A stretch of 64,000 bases of DNA from positions 12,896,001-12,960,000 of the forward strand of contig CM022674.1 of assembly GCA_012295275.1 (NCBI GenBank). The letters are read 5' to 3'. This DNA comes from Chrysomallon squamiferum (lineage: Eukaryota; Animalia; Mollusca). Below are positions 28,023 through 41,232 of the stretch, piece after piece. A model generated the notes under the pieces. It was not told where the DNA came from. It did no database searches and saw only the letters and a list, made by a program, of their open reading frames with translations. Each line of letters begins with the position of its first letter. Positions within the stretch are counted from its first letter, which is position 1. Made by a program: the position numbers and the translations under genes.

Positions 28023-28623
28023 CGTAACTGTAATACTTTCATTAAAATCAACAACTAATACCTGGCTTTAGTAAAATATTAAGTGTAATGACAATATCTC
28101 TGTGCAAACGAAACTCAATCCAGCGGACATTACATTATTGTCTTCATCTGTTTGTTGTACCTGAACAGGCAAAAACCAGGTAAATGAATAGAACAAAAGG
28201 AATTGATTTTTTGATGACAAATAATTTAACTGATAAGTTGAAGATAAATATAGTGTAATACAAATGATTATGGCATGGCTTATTCAAACATCTGTTTTGT
28301 GGTTACCAAAAACAAGAAAAATCAAATAAAAGGGACGAAAATATGTTAAAATGTGATTCTGGTCAGTTTACAAGTAACAATAGTTGATATTCAGTAGAAA
28401 ATGTAGCAGGATAGGAAACAAAAATAGTTTTCATTATTTTAACAATAATTTGTCGCATTTATTTACAAATATAACTGTAAAACTAGAAATCTTTCTGAAA
28501 TCACACAGGACAATAAGTATAAAAATCGACAACCAAAACAAACACTATTACAAGAACACACGTACAAATGTCAGTTAGCTCGCGAGCGCCGACTAAACAG
28601 GCAGAAAGTTTTTCGACGTAAAA

Positions 28624-29784
28624 ATGAAGAATCTCGTAATACTGTGGATTCTGTTTGTAACTTCTCAAGGACTCGACAAAAACAGAACGTTACAATTACG
28701 TCACATGCTGCTGGATAACTATTCACGTGCGGTCCAGCCGACTTCCGGTGGTCATAAACTTCCTTTGAAGTTGCGACTCCTTCCACTTTCTATTGTAGAA
28801 CTTGATCAAACGAAGCAGACGTTCACTGTTCTCGCACACGTGTTTGTCACGTGGTTAGATCCAGAACTGGCATGGAACGGAAGTGAATTCTCCGATGTGA
28901 ATACTTTATCTCTGGAACTGGATGAAGTTTGGTGGCCGAAGTATCAAATTACTAATTCGGTTGACCGAGTTACTGGGCAGACTCTGTATTCGTCTATCCT
29001 GCTAATCAAGAACGGACAGGTAATCTACGGATCAACTGACGTGTTCAAAACTATTTGTACAGTTGACCTTACAAGGTATCCTTTCGACACGCAAGACTGT
29101 GCAATTATATTTTCGTCGTCGTCGTTGGACTACGATTACAGCGATCTCAATTCCAGTCTGCTAGACACTCGTCACGATTACTTCACGGAAACTAACGAAT
29201 GGCTTTTGATCGATTTTTATTCCTTCACGAAAACTGCCGATTTAAGCGGGATCCCTATGGTTGAGTTTCATTTCAAACTTCGGCGACATTCGGTTTACTA
29301 CGTACTCACGATCATACTGCCTGTAAGTCTTCTGTCAATTCTTGATGCTTTTGTGTTTCTGCTTCCTGTCGAGTCAGGAGAGAAGATGTCTTTTCTCATC
29401 TCCATAATGCTGTCCTTCGCCGTCTATCTCAACTTCATTAATGACGTCATGCCCAAGTCGAAACACGTTTCCAAACTGGCTGCTTACCTCGTTCTCGCAC
29501 TCGCTCAAAGCGCCATTTCCATCATTATAACTATATGCACGTTAGATGTCTATCACCGTGGCAACCGTAGTAGCCTCACCGACAAGAATAAAATAATTCC
29601 AGCTCGTTCGTCTGCTGATGACGACACAAAAGAAGAGAAGACAACTGCGGAATTTTGTGGAAAACAGTTCGTGAAAACGACTCAAAATGTCGCTCGTGCT
29701 CCATCAGCGCGCAAACTGAATTTGATTCTGTTTTCTGTGTTTCTGATGTCTGCTTTGTTAAGCCCTTTGCTATTTTTAGTATGA
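28624..29784 (+). CDS. Atypical nAChR-like Cys-loop channel subunit, copy 4
   Basis: Intact 386-aa ORF with the same motifs. Confidence 0.93.
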   Translation: MKNLVILWILFVTSQGLDKNRTLQLRHMLLDNYSRAVQPTSGGHKLPLKLRLLPLSIVELDQTKQTFTVLAHVFVTWLDPELAWNGSEFSDVNTLSLELDEVWWPKYQITNSVDRVTGQTLYSSILLIKNGQVIYGSTDVFKTICTVDLTRYPFDTQDCAIIFSSSSLDYDYSDLNSSLLDTRHDYFTETNEWLLIDFYSFTKTADLSGIPMVEFHFKLRRHSVYYVLTIILPVSLLSILDAFVFLLPVESGEKMSFLISIMLSFAVYLNFINDVMPKSKHVSKLAAYLVLALAQSAISIIITICTLDVYHRGNRSSLTDKNKIIPARSSADDDTKEEKTTAEFCGKQFVKTTQNVARAPSARKLNLILFSVFLMSALLSPLLFLV

Positions 29785-31122
29785 AAAACACAATTCAAGA
29801 CCGATAACCCTCGACTGGTAGTCTCAGTTACTTTCGCCTTTGGAGCTCTGAAATGGAATTCTTCAATTTTTTCAGATATACAAAATACACTGGAACGACA
29901 ATTATCGACTAGAATATGGTTCTTGATGTTTTTAACTATAAACAATTCTCTTGAAGAGTATTCAATTTCGAATAAAATCTTTGTCAAACATTAATAATTT
30001 TTAATAGAGAAAGTTTATAATTATGCTGGTAGCGGTTTTGAGGCATTTCACTGTTTTTAATTCAATCAGAGTACATTGATTCTTTATACGAAGAATCTTT
30101 ATTGAAATCCTCCCTCTTGAGGATACGGTCAAAGTCAGAATGATCTACAGTCAGGTCCTATGAATTTGTTCAGGGGCCCAAGAACCAAGAAGGGCCTCAC
30201 AGCAATCATGCATTAACTGAATACGTGAGTTACATTATGTTATTTCTGATCATGGAAATAAATAATTAAATAATAATAAAGAAGTAAGTGTACTAATTAA
30301 TAAACATATGTAAATTAGCACAAAACATTATTAATAATAAGCAATAAATAAATTAATATAAAATGTTTTAAAAGTTTCTAAATATTCCACCGGAAACTTC
30401 CGAAAACTAACGAATGCCGACAGGTTTTCCATTTTTATTTAAGTTATACAAAATGGAATGACTTGGGATAATCTATTTATTTCAGATTTACCTTTGTTTT
30501 ATAAACACAGGTAAATTTATTAGTCTTTGCCTTTGATCTGCCTTGGATATACTGAAACTAGATTAGAACTTGTTCTAATTATTTACTTTGTTAGTTTAGT
30601 TCGATGGAAGCTGAATTTCATTAACCCGGTTTAAATTTGAAGGAGAAAGTAAATTAGAAATAATGTGAATGAATGAATAAATGAATGAATGAATGAATGA
30701 ATGAATGAATGAATGGATAAAAATAGGCGTAGGTAAATCAGCGGTGATATTTTTAATACTGTTCAATAGTACTATTACTACAGAAATTCTACTACTACTA
30801 CTACTACTATTACTACTACTGCTGCTGTTACTAATTATACTGCTATTATAATGTCACGCTTCAATTATTATTACTACTACTACTTTTACTATGACGACAA
30901 CAGCAACTATAACTGTGCAGTTGTTACTTCTAACACTGTTGCTGTTAGTATTCTTAATATTACTACTACTACTACAACTACTACTACTACTGTTGCTTCT
31001 GTTGACGATGACGATGCTTTTTGTACTACTAATCCCACTACTGTTATTACATTACTACTTCTACTACTACTACTAATACTAATGCTACTATAGTAGTAGT
31101 TGTATTAATAACAACAACTACC

Positions 31123-31166
<44 letters not shown>

Positions 31167-31767
31167 CGTAACTGTAATACTTTAATTAAAATCAACCAGT
31201 AATACCTGGCTTTAGTAATATATTAAGTGTAATGACAATATGTCTGTGCAAACGAAACTCAATTCAGCGGACGTTACATTATTGTCTTCATCTGTTTGTT
31301 GTACCTGAACAGGCAAAAACCAGGTAAATGAATAGAACAAAAGGAATTGATTTTTTAATGACAAATAGTTTAACTGATAAGTTGAAGATAAATATAGTGT
31401 AATACAAATGATTATGGCATGGCTTATTCAAACATCTGTTTTGTGGTTACTAAAAGCAAGAAAAATCTAATAAAAGGGACGAAAATATGTTAAAATGTGA
31501 TTCTGGTCAGTTTACAAGTAACAATAGTTGATGTTCCCTATAAAATGTAGCAGGATAGGAAACAAAAATAGTTTTCATTATTTTAACAATAATTTGTCGC
31601 ATTTATTTACAGATAAAATTGTAAAACTAGAAATCTTTCTGAAATCACACAGGACAATAAGTATAAAAATCGACAACCAAAACAAACACTATTACAAGAA
31701 CACACGTACAAATGTCAGTTAGCTCGCGAGCGCCGACTAAACAGGCAGAAAGTTTTTCGACGTAAAA

Positions 31768-32928
31768 ATGAAGAATCTCGTAATACTGTGGATTCTGTTT
31801 GTAACTTCTCAAGGACTCGACAAAAACAGAACGTTACAATTACGTCACATGCTGCTGGATAACTATTCACGTGCCGTACAGCCGACTTCCGGTAGTCAAA
31901 AACTTATTTTGAAACTGCGACTCCTTCCACTTTCTATTGTAGAACTTGATCAAACGAAGCAGACGTTCACTGTTCTCGCTCACGTGTTTGTCACGTGGTT
32001 AGATCCAGAACTGGCATGGAACGGAAGTGAATTCTCCGATGTGAAAACTTTATCTCTGGAACTGGATGACGTTTGGTGGCCGAAGTATCAAATTACTAAT
32101 TCGGTTGACCGAGTTACTGGGCAGACTCTGTATTCGTCTATCCTGCTAATCAAGAACGGACAGGTAATACACGGATCAACTGACGTGTTCAAAACTATTT
32201 GTACAGTTGACCTTACAAGGTATCCTTTCGACACGCAAGACTGTGCAATTATATTTTCGTCGTCGTCGTTGGACTACGATTACAGCGATCTCAATTCCAG
32301 TCTGCTAGACACTCGTCACGATTACTTTACGGAAACTAACGAATGGCTTTTGATCGATTTTTATTCCTTCACGAAAACTGCCGATTTAAGCGGGATCCCT
32401 ATGGTTGAGTTTCATTTCAAACTTCGGCGACATTCGGTTTACTACGTACTGACGATCATACTGCCTGTAAGTCTTCTGTCAATTCTTGATGCTTTTGTGT
32501 TTCTGCTTCCTGTCGAGTCAGGAGAGAAGATGTCTTTCCTCATCTCCATAATGCTGTCCTTCGCCGTCTATCTCAACTTCATTAATGACGTCATGCCCAA
32601 GTCGAAACAGGTTTCCAAACTGGCTGCTTACCTCGTTCTCGCACTCGCTCAAAGCGCCATTTCCATCATTATAACTATATGCACGTTAGATGTCTATCAC
32701 CGTGGCAACCGTAGTAGCTTCACCGACAAGAATAAAATAATTCCAACTCGTTCGTCTGCAGATGACAACACAAAAGAAGAGAAGACAACTGCGGAATTTT
32801 GTGGAAAACACTTCGTGAAAACGACTCAAAATGTCGCTCGTGCTCCATCAGCGCGCAAACTGAATTTGATTCTGTTTTCTGTGTTTCTGATGTCTGCTTT
32901 GTTAAGCCCTTTGCTATTTTTAGTATGA
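31768..32928 (+). CDS. Atypical nAChR-like Cys-loop channel subunit, copy 5
   Basis: Intact 386-aa ORF with the same motifs. Confidence 0.93.
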   Translation: MKNLVILWILFVTSQGLDKNRTLQLRHMLLDNYSRAVQPTSGSQKLILKLRLLPLSIVELDQTKQTFTVLAHVFVTWLDPELAWNGSEFSDVKTLSLELDDVWWPKYQITNSVDRVTGQTLYSSILLIKNGQVIHGSTDVFKTICTVDLTRYPFDTQDCAIIFSSSSLDYDYSDLNSSLLDTRHDYFTETNEWLLIDFYSFTKTADLSGIPMVEFHFKLRRHSVYYVLTIILPVSLLSILDAFVFLLPVESGEKMSFLISIMLSFAVYLNFINDVMPKSKQVSKLAAYLVLALAQSAISIIITICTLDVYHRGNRSSFTDKNKIIPTRSSADDNTKEEKTTAEFCGKHFVKTTQNVARAPSARKLNLILFSVFLMSALLSPLLFLV

Positions 32929-35900
32929 AAAACACAATTCAAGACCGACAACTCTCGACAGGTAATCTAAGTTACTTTCGCATTTGGAGCTCGCAAATGT
33001 AACATTTGATTATTTTTTTTATTATTGATTTTTTTTTTTTAGATATACAAAATACACTCGAACGACAATAATCGAGCAGAATATGTTTATTAATGTTTTT
33101 AACTATAAACAAAACTCTTCAAGAGCTTTCATTTTCCAAAATGTTTGTGAATAACTATGCTTGGAGCGGTTTTGAGGGAGTTCACTGTTTGAGTACAGTG
33201 TTTTTTTATACGAAGAATGATTATTCAAACCCTATCACTGGAGATTACGCTCAAAGTTAGCACGATCTACAGTCAGGTCGCACGACTTTGTTTCGGATCC
33301 CAAGAGCTAAGAAGAGCCCCACAGCAATCATGCATTAACTGAATGTGTGTGCTACTTTATGTTATATCTGATCATGGAAATAAATAATCTATGAGTTTAC
33401 ATGTAACTTTTATGTCGGCTATAGAAATGTATTCACTAGTGTATTGATAGTATTTTATAGTAGATCGATTTCTGAGCAAATAATCAAATTATTATTATTA
33501 TTATTACTTGTAGTAGTATTAGTAGTAGTAGTTGTAGTAGTAGTATTAGTAGTAGTAGCAGTAGTAGTAGTAGTAGTTGTACTGGTATTAGTATTACATT
33601 TATCGGAAGGACATCATGACGTAGTTGTAAAATCCTAAGGACAATGACGTCACATGCGATCTTCCAGAGTAACCATCGTTCACAGTTTTATTTGGTAAGT
33701 TATCTTTCAATTTCAATTTTCTTGTCTCTTTTGGTTTTTGTCACACAACTTTTAAATTTAAATGAAACGACAGAAAAAGTTCTTAAATACTTATTAACAC
33801 CAAATGCCTAATGCACAGGTTTCATTATTATTATTAGAAAATATATATTCACGAATGATGGGGCCAAAACCTAATATTTACTGCGAACAAGTTGTCAGCA
33901 GACGAGATGATGATACTACAACTACTGCCAATACTGAAGAAATTTTTGTATCCTTGTGGTAGATAGATTTAAAAAAATCTAATAACTGTGTTGATTAAAA
34001 ACAATTTCAAGAGATAAAACGACAACACAATCAGATAACACTGTTTATTTGGAAATTCTGAAAAAACTTCAGTTGATATAAAATGTCACAGTTTCTGTGA
34101 TTTCATTGGTACTGGGGATGAAACAGGTCAAAAATCAAACCTGAACCTGTGGCCAACGTCTGTGTCGATGCAAGCCTGCAACCGTCGTCTAGCAAAGCAT
34201 GTGACAACCGTAACATAATACAATAATTTCAAAGCTTTCGCCTGAAATGTACGTCAGTGATTGTAACGACGAACATTTCAGCCCAGGCTGGGGGACGAGA
34301 AACCTGCTTTGAACCAGCGCGTCTGAAAAAGAAACAAAGAAGAAATAAGATTAGAAAAAGAATCGTACTGTGTGTGTGTGTGTGTGTGTTTGTGTCTGTG
34401 TCTGGATGGATGGATGGATGGATGGATGGATGGAACGTTACAGTGTTTGACTTCTACTTCAGCGAAAACGTTATGGCACTTTTCGGTAAACACAAAAATC
34501 TTTGTGATCCTTTAAAAAGGTGATATTATAATATTTGACAGAGAAAAGAGAAGACAGAGTTCTTTAAAAGTGAAGTATAATGTATGTCGAACGTGTATAC
34601 GTATATAAAAATATACATTCATACATACATAGATTCACATATGTAGATATGTACATAAACATACATACATACACACATATGCATATATACATCCACATAC
34701 AGACAAACACATATTATATGTAGACGTACACACAAACATATATGCATATAATTATATATCCTCAAAGAAAGAAAGAATGAAACGTTATTTATATACAAAC
34801 AAGTACACATGAATACTGCCACCTACGTTAACTAACACTCATAAGCTTAAACACGTAGAATAGTAGACATTAAAAATAATGACGATAGTAGTAGCTGGTT
34901 GTAGTTGTAGTAGTAAGAATAATGTAGTAGGTGTGTCAGCAACAGTTGTTGTAGTAATAGTAATAGAATCAATTGTAATTATAGTAGTAGTATAAGTAAT
35001 GGTAGCAGTAGAAGTAATGTAATTAAGTATTAATGATGGTAGTGATAAAAATGTTTTAATAGTTTAAACGGTTAGTTTTATGAACAAGGAAATAACGACT
35101 ATGAAGATGGTAAATACATGCTTAAACGAAATCTTGTTACGTGAATCATCTTGGTTAGGATTTAAATTCAATACGGCTTCCAGAGTTATTTCCCCTCCAG
35201 TTTAAAACAGAAAATGTGATTTTCTTTTTTTTTTTTATTTTTTTTATTTGACTAATCTTTACTCATAGATAGATAGATAGATAAATAAATAAATAAATAA
35301 ATAAAATTTATATAAAATAAAATAAAATAAAAAGAAAATTGGGTTAAAGTTACATATTCAATAAAATTGTAAATCCGAAAGATGTATGTGTCTGCACGAT
35401 CAGTTTGGGGATCAAATGAATAAATAAATGAATGAATAATTGAATGAAAGAATGAATAAGGAAATAATAAAATAATAATAAGCAAGCAAATGTTCTAATG
35501 AATAAACATATGTAAATTAGTAAAAAATAATAATAATAATAGTAAATAATAAATAAATTAAAATAAAATGTTTTAAACGTTACTAAATATTTCTCCGGAA
35601 ACTTCCGAAAACTAACGAATGCCTAGATTCTCTTAAATATTGGAAAAGGAACGCCCATAGGTTTGTCACCTTAATTGAAATTACAGAAACTCGAAAGACT
35701 TGGGAAATCTATTTATTTCAGATTTACCTTTGTTTTATTACTATGACGACAACAGCAAGTACAACTGTGCTGCTGTTACTTTTAACACCGTTGCTGTTAA
35801 TATTCTTAATATTACTACAACTACTACTATTACTACAACTACTCCTACTACTACTACTATTAAAACTACCACTACTAGTTCTAGAACTGGTACTACTACT

Positions 35901-37066
35901 AATATTACTACTACTGCTACTACTACTGCTACTACTACTACTATTACTACTACTACTGCTACTACTAATACTGCAACTACTACTACTACTGTTGCTTCTG
36001 CTGCTGCTGCTGATGTTTTTTTGTACTACGACTCCAACTACTATTATTACATTACTACTTCTACTACTACTACTATTACTAATACTACTATTGTACTAGT
36101 ATCAGTAGTAATACGAATAACAGCAATAAATATAACAACAACAACAACAATAATAATAATCCTATTTATAATTCTTTCATTAAAATCAACCAGTAATACC
36201 TGGCTGTAATAAAATATTATGAGCAATGACAATATGTTTGTGGAAACGAAACTCAATCCTGCGAAAATTACATTATTGTCTTCATCTGTTTGTTATACCT
36301 GAAAAACAATAAATGAACAGAACAAACGGAATTGATTTATTAATAACAAATATTTAATTCATAACGAGAAGATAAATATAGCGTAATAAAAATGATTATG
36401 GGATGACTTATTCACATATGTGTTTTGTGGTTACAAAAAGCAAGAAAAACCAATTAAAATGGACGGAAGTATGTTAAAATGTAATTCTGGTGAGTTTGCA
36501 AGTTACAGTAGCTGATATTCAGTACAGAATCAATTTAGTTATTCTTTTCTGTGTTCTTTTTATTATTATTTTTTTGATTTTTTAATTCTAATTATTTTTA
36601 TTTATTTATTGTTTTGTTATTGTTTATTTGTTTATTTGTTTGTTTATTTCTAGTTGTTATTTGTTTGTTATTACTCGTTTTTTTTTTTTTTTTGGTTTTT
36701 ATGTCTTAAAAATGTTATTTGAATATATAGATTATCTTTATCGATACGTACCATATCAAACTAACATCGAAACATGAAATCTCTGTCTTTTTCTCTTTCT
36801 CTAAATAATACAAAATAATGAAATAAAATAAAATAAAATAAAATAAACACATAAATAACATGTAGCAGGATAGGAAAAAAAAAATCATTGATTTAACAAT
36901 AAGGTATAGCATTTGTTTACACACGTAATTGAAGAAGTAGGAATCATGCAGGACAACGAAGTATAAAAATCAATAACAAAACAAACACTATTACAAGAAC
37001 ACACGTACAAATGTCAGTTAGCTCGCGAGCGCCGACTAAACAGGCAGAAAGTTTTTCGACGTAAAA

Positions 37067-38227
37067 ATGAAGAATCTCGTAATACTGTGGATTCTGTTTG
37101 TAACTTCTCAAGGACTCGACAAAAACAGAACGTTACAATTACGTCACATGCTGCTGGATAACTATTCACGTGCCGTGCAGCCGACTTCCGGTAGTCAAAA
37201 ACTTATTTTGAAATTGCGACTCCTTCCACTTTCTATTGTAGAACTTGATCAAACGAAGCAGACGTTCACTATTCTCGCACACGTGTTTGTCACGTGGTTA
37301 GATCCAGAACTGGCATGGAACGGAAGTGAATTCTCTGATGTGAAAACTTTATCTCTGCAACTGGATGAAGTTTGGTGGCCGAAGTATCAAATTACTAATT
37401 CGGTTGACCGTGTTACTGGGCAGACTCTGTATTCGTCTATCCTGCTAATCAAGAACGGACAGGTAATCTACGGATCAACTGACGTGTACAAAACTATTTG
37501 TACAGTTGACCTTACAAGGTATCCTTTCGACACGCAAGACTGTGCAATTATATTTTCGTCGTCGTCGTTGGACTACGAATACAGCGATCTCAATTCCAGT
37601 CTGCTAGACACTCGTCACGATTACTTCACGGAAACTAACGAATGGCTTTTGATCGATTTTTATTCCTTCACGAAAACTGCCGATTTAAGCGGGATACCTA
37701 TGGTTGAGTTTCATTTCAAACTTCGGCGACATTCGGTTTACTACGTACTCACGATCATACTGCCTGTAAGTCTTCTGTCAATTCTTGATGCTTTTGTGTT
37801 TCTGCTTCCTGTCGAGTCAGGAGAGAAGATGTCTTTTCTCATCTCCATAATGCTGTCCTTCGCCGTCTATCTCAACTTCATTAATGACGTCATGCCCAAG
37901 TCGAAACGCGTTTCCAAACTGGCTGCTTACCTCGTTCTCGCACTCGCTCAAAGCGCCATTTCCATCATTATAACTATATGCACGTTAGATGTCAATTACC
38001 GTGGTAACCGTAGTAGCTTCACCGACAAGAATAAAATAGTTCCAACTCGTTCGTCTGCTGATGACAGCAAAAAAGAAGAGAAGACAACTGCGGAATTTTG
38101 TGGAAAACACTTCGAGGAAACGACTCAAAATGTCGCTCGTGCTCCATCAGCACGCAAACTGAATTTGATTCTGTTTTCTGTGTTTCTGATGTCTGCTTTG
38201 TTAAGCCCTTTGCTATTTTTAGTATGA
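37067..38227 (+). CDS. Atypical nAChR-like Cys-loop channel subunit, copy 6
   Basis: Intact 386-aa ORF with the same motifs. Confidence 0.93.
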   Translation: MKNLVILWILFVTSQGLDKNRTLQLRHMLLDNYSRAVQPTSGSQKLILKLRLLPLSIVELDQTKQTFTILAHVFVTWLDPELAWNGSEFSDVKTLSLQLDEVWWPKYQITNSVDRVTGQTLYSSILLIKNGQVIYGSTDVYKTICTVDLTRYPFDTQDCAIIFSSSSLDYEYSDLNSSLLDTRHDYFTETNEWLLIDFYSFTKTADLSGIPMVEFHFKLRRHSVYYVLTIILPVSLLSILDAFVFLLPVESGEKMSFLISIMLSFAVYLNFINDVMPKSKRVSKLAAYLVLALAQSAISIIITICTLDVNYRGNRSSFTDKNKIVPTRSSADDSKKEEKTTAEFCGKHFEETTQNVARAPSARKLNLILFSVFLMSALLSPLLFLV

Positions 38228-38603
38228 AAAATATAATTCAAGACCGACAACTAATTCAAGACCGATAACTCTCGCATTTGGATCTCTGAAATGGAATTCT
38301 TAAATTTTTTGAGATATACAAAATACCCTCGAACGACAATTATCGACTAGAATATGGTTCTTGATGTTTTTAACTATAAACAATTCTCTTGAAGAGTATT
38401 CAATTTCGAATAAAATCTTTGTCAAACATTAATAATTTTTAATAGAGAAAGTTTATAATTATGCTGGTAGCGGTTTTGAGGCATTTCACTGTTTTTAATT
38501 CAATCAGAGTATGAAAAATATAATTCAAGACCGACAACTAATTCAAGACCGATAACTCTCGCATTTGGATCTCTGAAATGGAATTCTTAAATTTTCTGAG
38601 ATA

Positions 38604-39327
38604 CAGTATACCCTCACCTGTTCGCGGTTCCCCATTCGCGGCCCCGCATATTCGCGGCTTAGGCTCTTAACCGTATCGCATCGTGTGCTGGTATACCAGG
38701 CTAGCGTTATAACGTCATAAAAACAAATGCTCGGTAAACCGCACAAACAATATCAAATTTTTTCAATTATTATTGCAATACAGTACGTATTTTTTTATAA
38801 ATGCATACACTGTATGTACAGTGCATATTATTTGTGACCGTGTATTAATAATGTTTTTAATTTCATATTATTACTGAATTGTATTATTATTACCTGAACT
38901 GTGCGTACTGTATTTATCTGTCTGTTTGCCTTTAAATTTGTTCCACTTTCTGGCAATTCTAATACATATGTTGTACGCATAGAAAATGACTTTACGGTAC
39001 AGTAATAGTGTATGGGTTACTGTGCTTTGCGGTGTTACTGTCCTCCTGTACTTACGTTTCTTTCTGATTAAAATATTGTTTCAGTACAAAATTAAAATAT
39101 GTTTACATTATCATTACTACATTAGTGAAATACATAACTGCATGCAATATTACTACATTATTACTGTATTAATGAGTAAGAGTGTCTTTAGAAAGTGTTT
39201 GGGAAGCATTTAGTACCGTATATAATCTCATAATAGACGTTTTAAAACTGCATCCAATATTCGCGGTTTTTCGCTATTCGCGGGGGGGGTAAAGAACGTA
39301 ACCCCCGCGAATAGCGAGGGAATACTG
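38604..39327. mobile_element. 724-bp pogo/Tigger-like (Tc1/mariner superfamily) MITE with TA target-site duplication
   Basis: Left TIR CAGTATACCCTCACCTGTTCGCGG versus right TIR (reverse complement) CAGTATTCCCTCGCTATTCGCGG; subterminal TATTCGCGG repeats; TA at 38602-38603 and 39328-39329; empty site GAGATATACAAAATACC at about 38311. Confidence 0.9.
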
Positions 39328-40560
39328 TATACAAAATACCCTCGAACGACAATTATCGACTAGAATATGGTTCTTGATGTTTTTAACTATAAACAATTCT
39401 CTTGAAGAGTATTCAATTTCGAATAAAATCTTTGTCAAACATTAATAATTTTTAATAGAGAAAGTTTATAATTATGCTGGTAGCGGTTTTGAGGCATTTC
39501 ACTGTTTTTAATTCAATCAGAGTACATTGATTTTTTATACGAAGAATCTTTATTGAAACCCTCCCTCTTGAGAATACGGTCAAAGTCAGAATTATCTACA
39601 GTCAGGTCCTATGACTTTGTTCTGAGGCCCAAGATCCAAGAAGGGCCTCACAGCAATCATGCATTAACTGAATACGTGAGTTACATTATGTTATTTCTGA
39701 TCATGGAAATAAATAATTAAATAATAATAAAGAAGTAAGTGTACTAATTAATAAACATATGTAAATTAGTACAAAACATTATTAATAATAAGCAATAAAT
39801 AAATTAATATAAAATGTTTTAAAAGTTACTAAATATTCCACCGGAAACTTCCGAAAACTAACGAATGTCGACAGGTTTTCCATTTTTATTTAAGTTATAG
39901 AAAATGGAACGACTTTGGATAATCTATTTATTTCAGATTTACCTTTGTTTTATAGACACAGGTAAATTTATTAGTCTTTGCCTTTGATCTGCCTTGGATA
40001 TACTGAAACTAGATTAGAAACTGTTCTAATTATTTACTTTGTTAGTTTAGTTCGATGGAAGCTGAATTTCATTAACCCGGTTTAAATTTGAAGGAGAAAG
40101 TAAATTAGAAATAATGTGAATGAATGAATAAATGAATGAATGAAAGAATGGATAAAAATAGGCGTAGGTAAATCAGCGGTGATATTTTTAACACTGTTCA
40201 ATAGTACTATTACTACAGAAATTCTACTACTACTACTACTACTACTACTACTATTACTATCACTACTACTACTACTGCTGCTGTTACTAATTATACTGCT
40301 ATTATTAGTCACGCTTCAATTATTATTACTACTACTACTTTTACTATGACGACAACAGCAACTATAACTGTGCAGTTGTTACTTCTAACACTGTTGCTGT
40401 TAGTATTCTTAATATTACTACTACTAATACAACTACTACTACTACTACTACTACTACCACTGTTGCTTCTGCTGACGATGATGATGCTTTTTGTACTACT
40501 AATCCCACTACTATTACTAATGCTACTATAGTAGTAGTTGTATTAATAACAACAACTACC

Positions 40561-40631
<71 letters not shown>

Positions 40632-41232
40632 CGTAACTGTAATACTTTCATTAAAATCAACCACTAATACCTGGCTTTAGTAAAATATTAAGTGTAATGA
40701 CAATATCTCTGCGCAAACGAAACTCAATCCAGCGGACATTACATTATTGTCTTCATCTGTTTGTTACACCTGAACAGGCAAAAACCAGGTAAATGAATAG
40801 AACAAAAGGAATTGATTTTTTAATGACAAATAGTTTAACTGATAAGTTGAAGATAAATATAGTGTAATACAAATGATTATGGCATGGCTTATTCAAACAT
40901 CTGTTTTGTGGTTACTAAAAGCAAGAAAAATCAAATAAAAGGGACGAAAATATGTTAAAATGTGATTCTGGTCAGTTTACAAGTAACAATAGCTGATGTT
41001 CCCTATAAAATGTAGCAGGATAGGAAACAAAAATAGTTTTCATTATTTTAACAATAATTTGTCGCATTTATTTACAAATATAACTGTAAAACTAGAAATC
41101 TTTCTGAAATCACACAGGACAATAAGTATAAAAATCGACAACCAAAACAAACACTATTACAAGAACACACGTACAAATGTCAGTTAGCTCGCGAGCGCCG
41201 ACTAAACAGGCAGAAAGGTTTTCGACGTAAAA

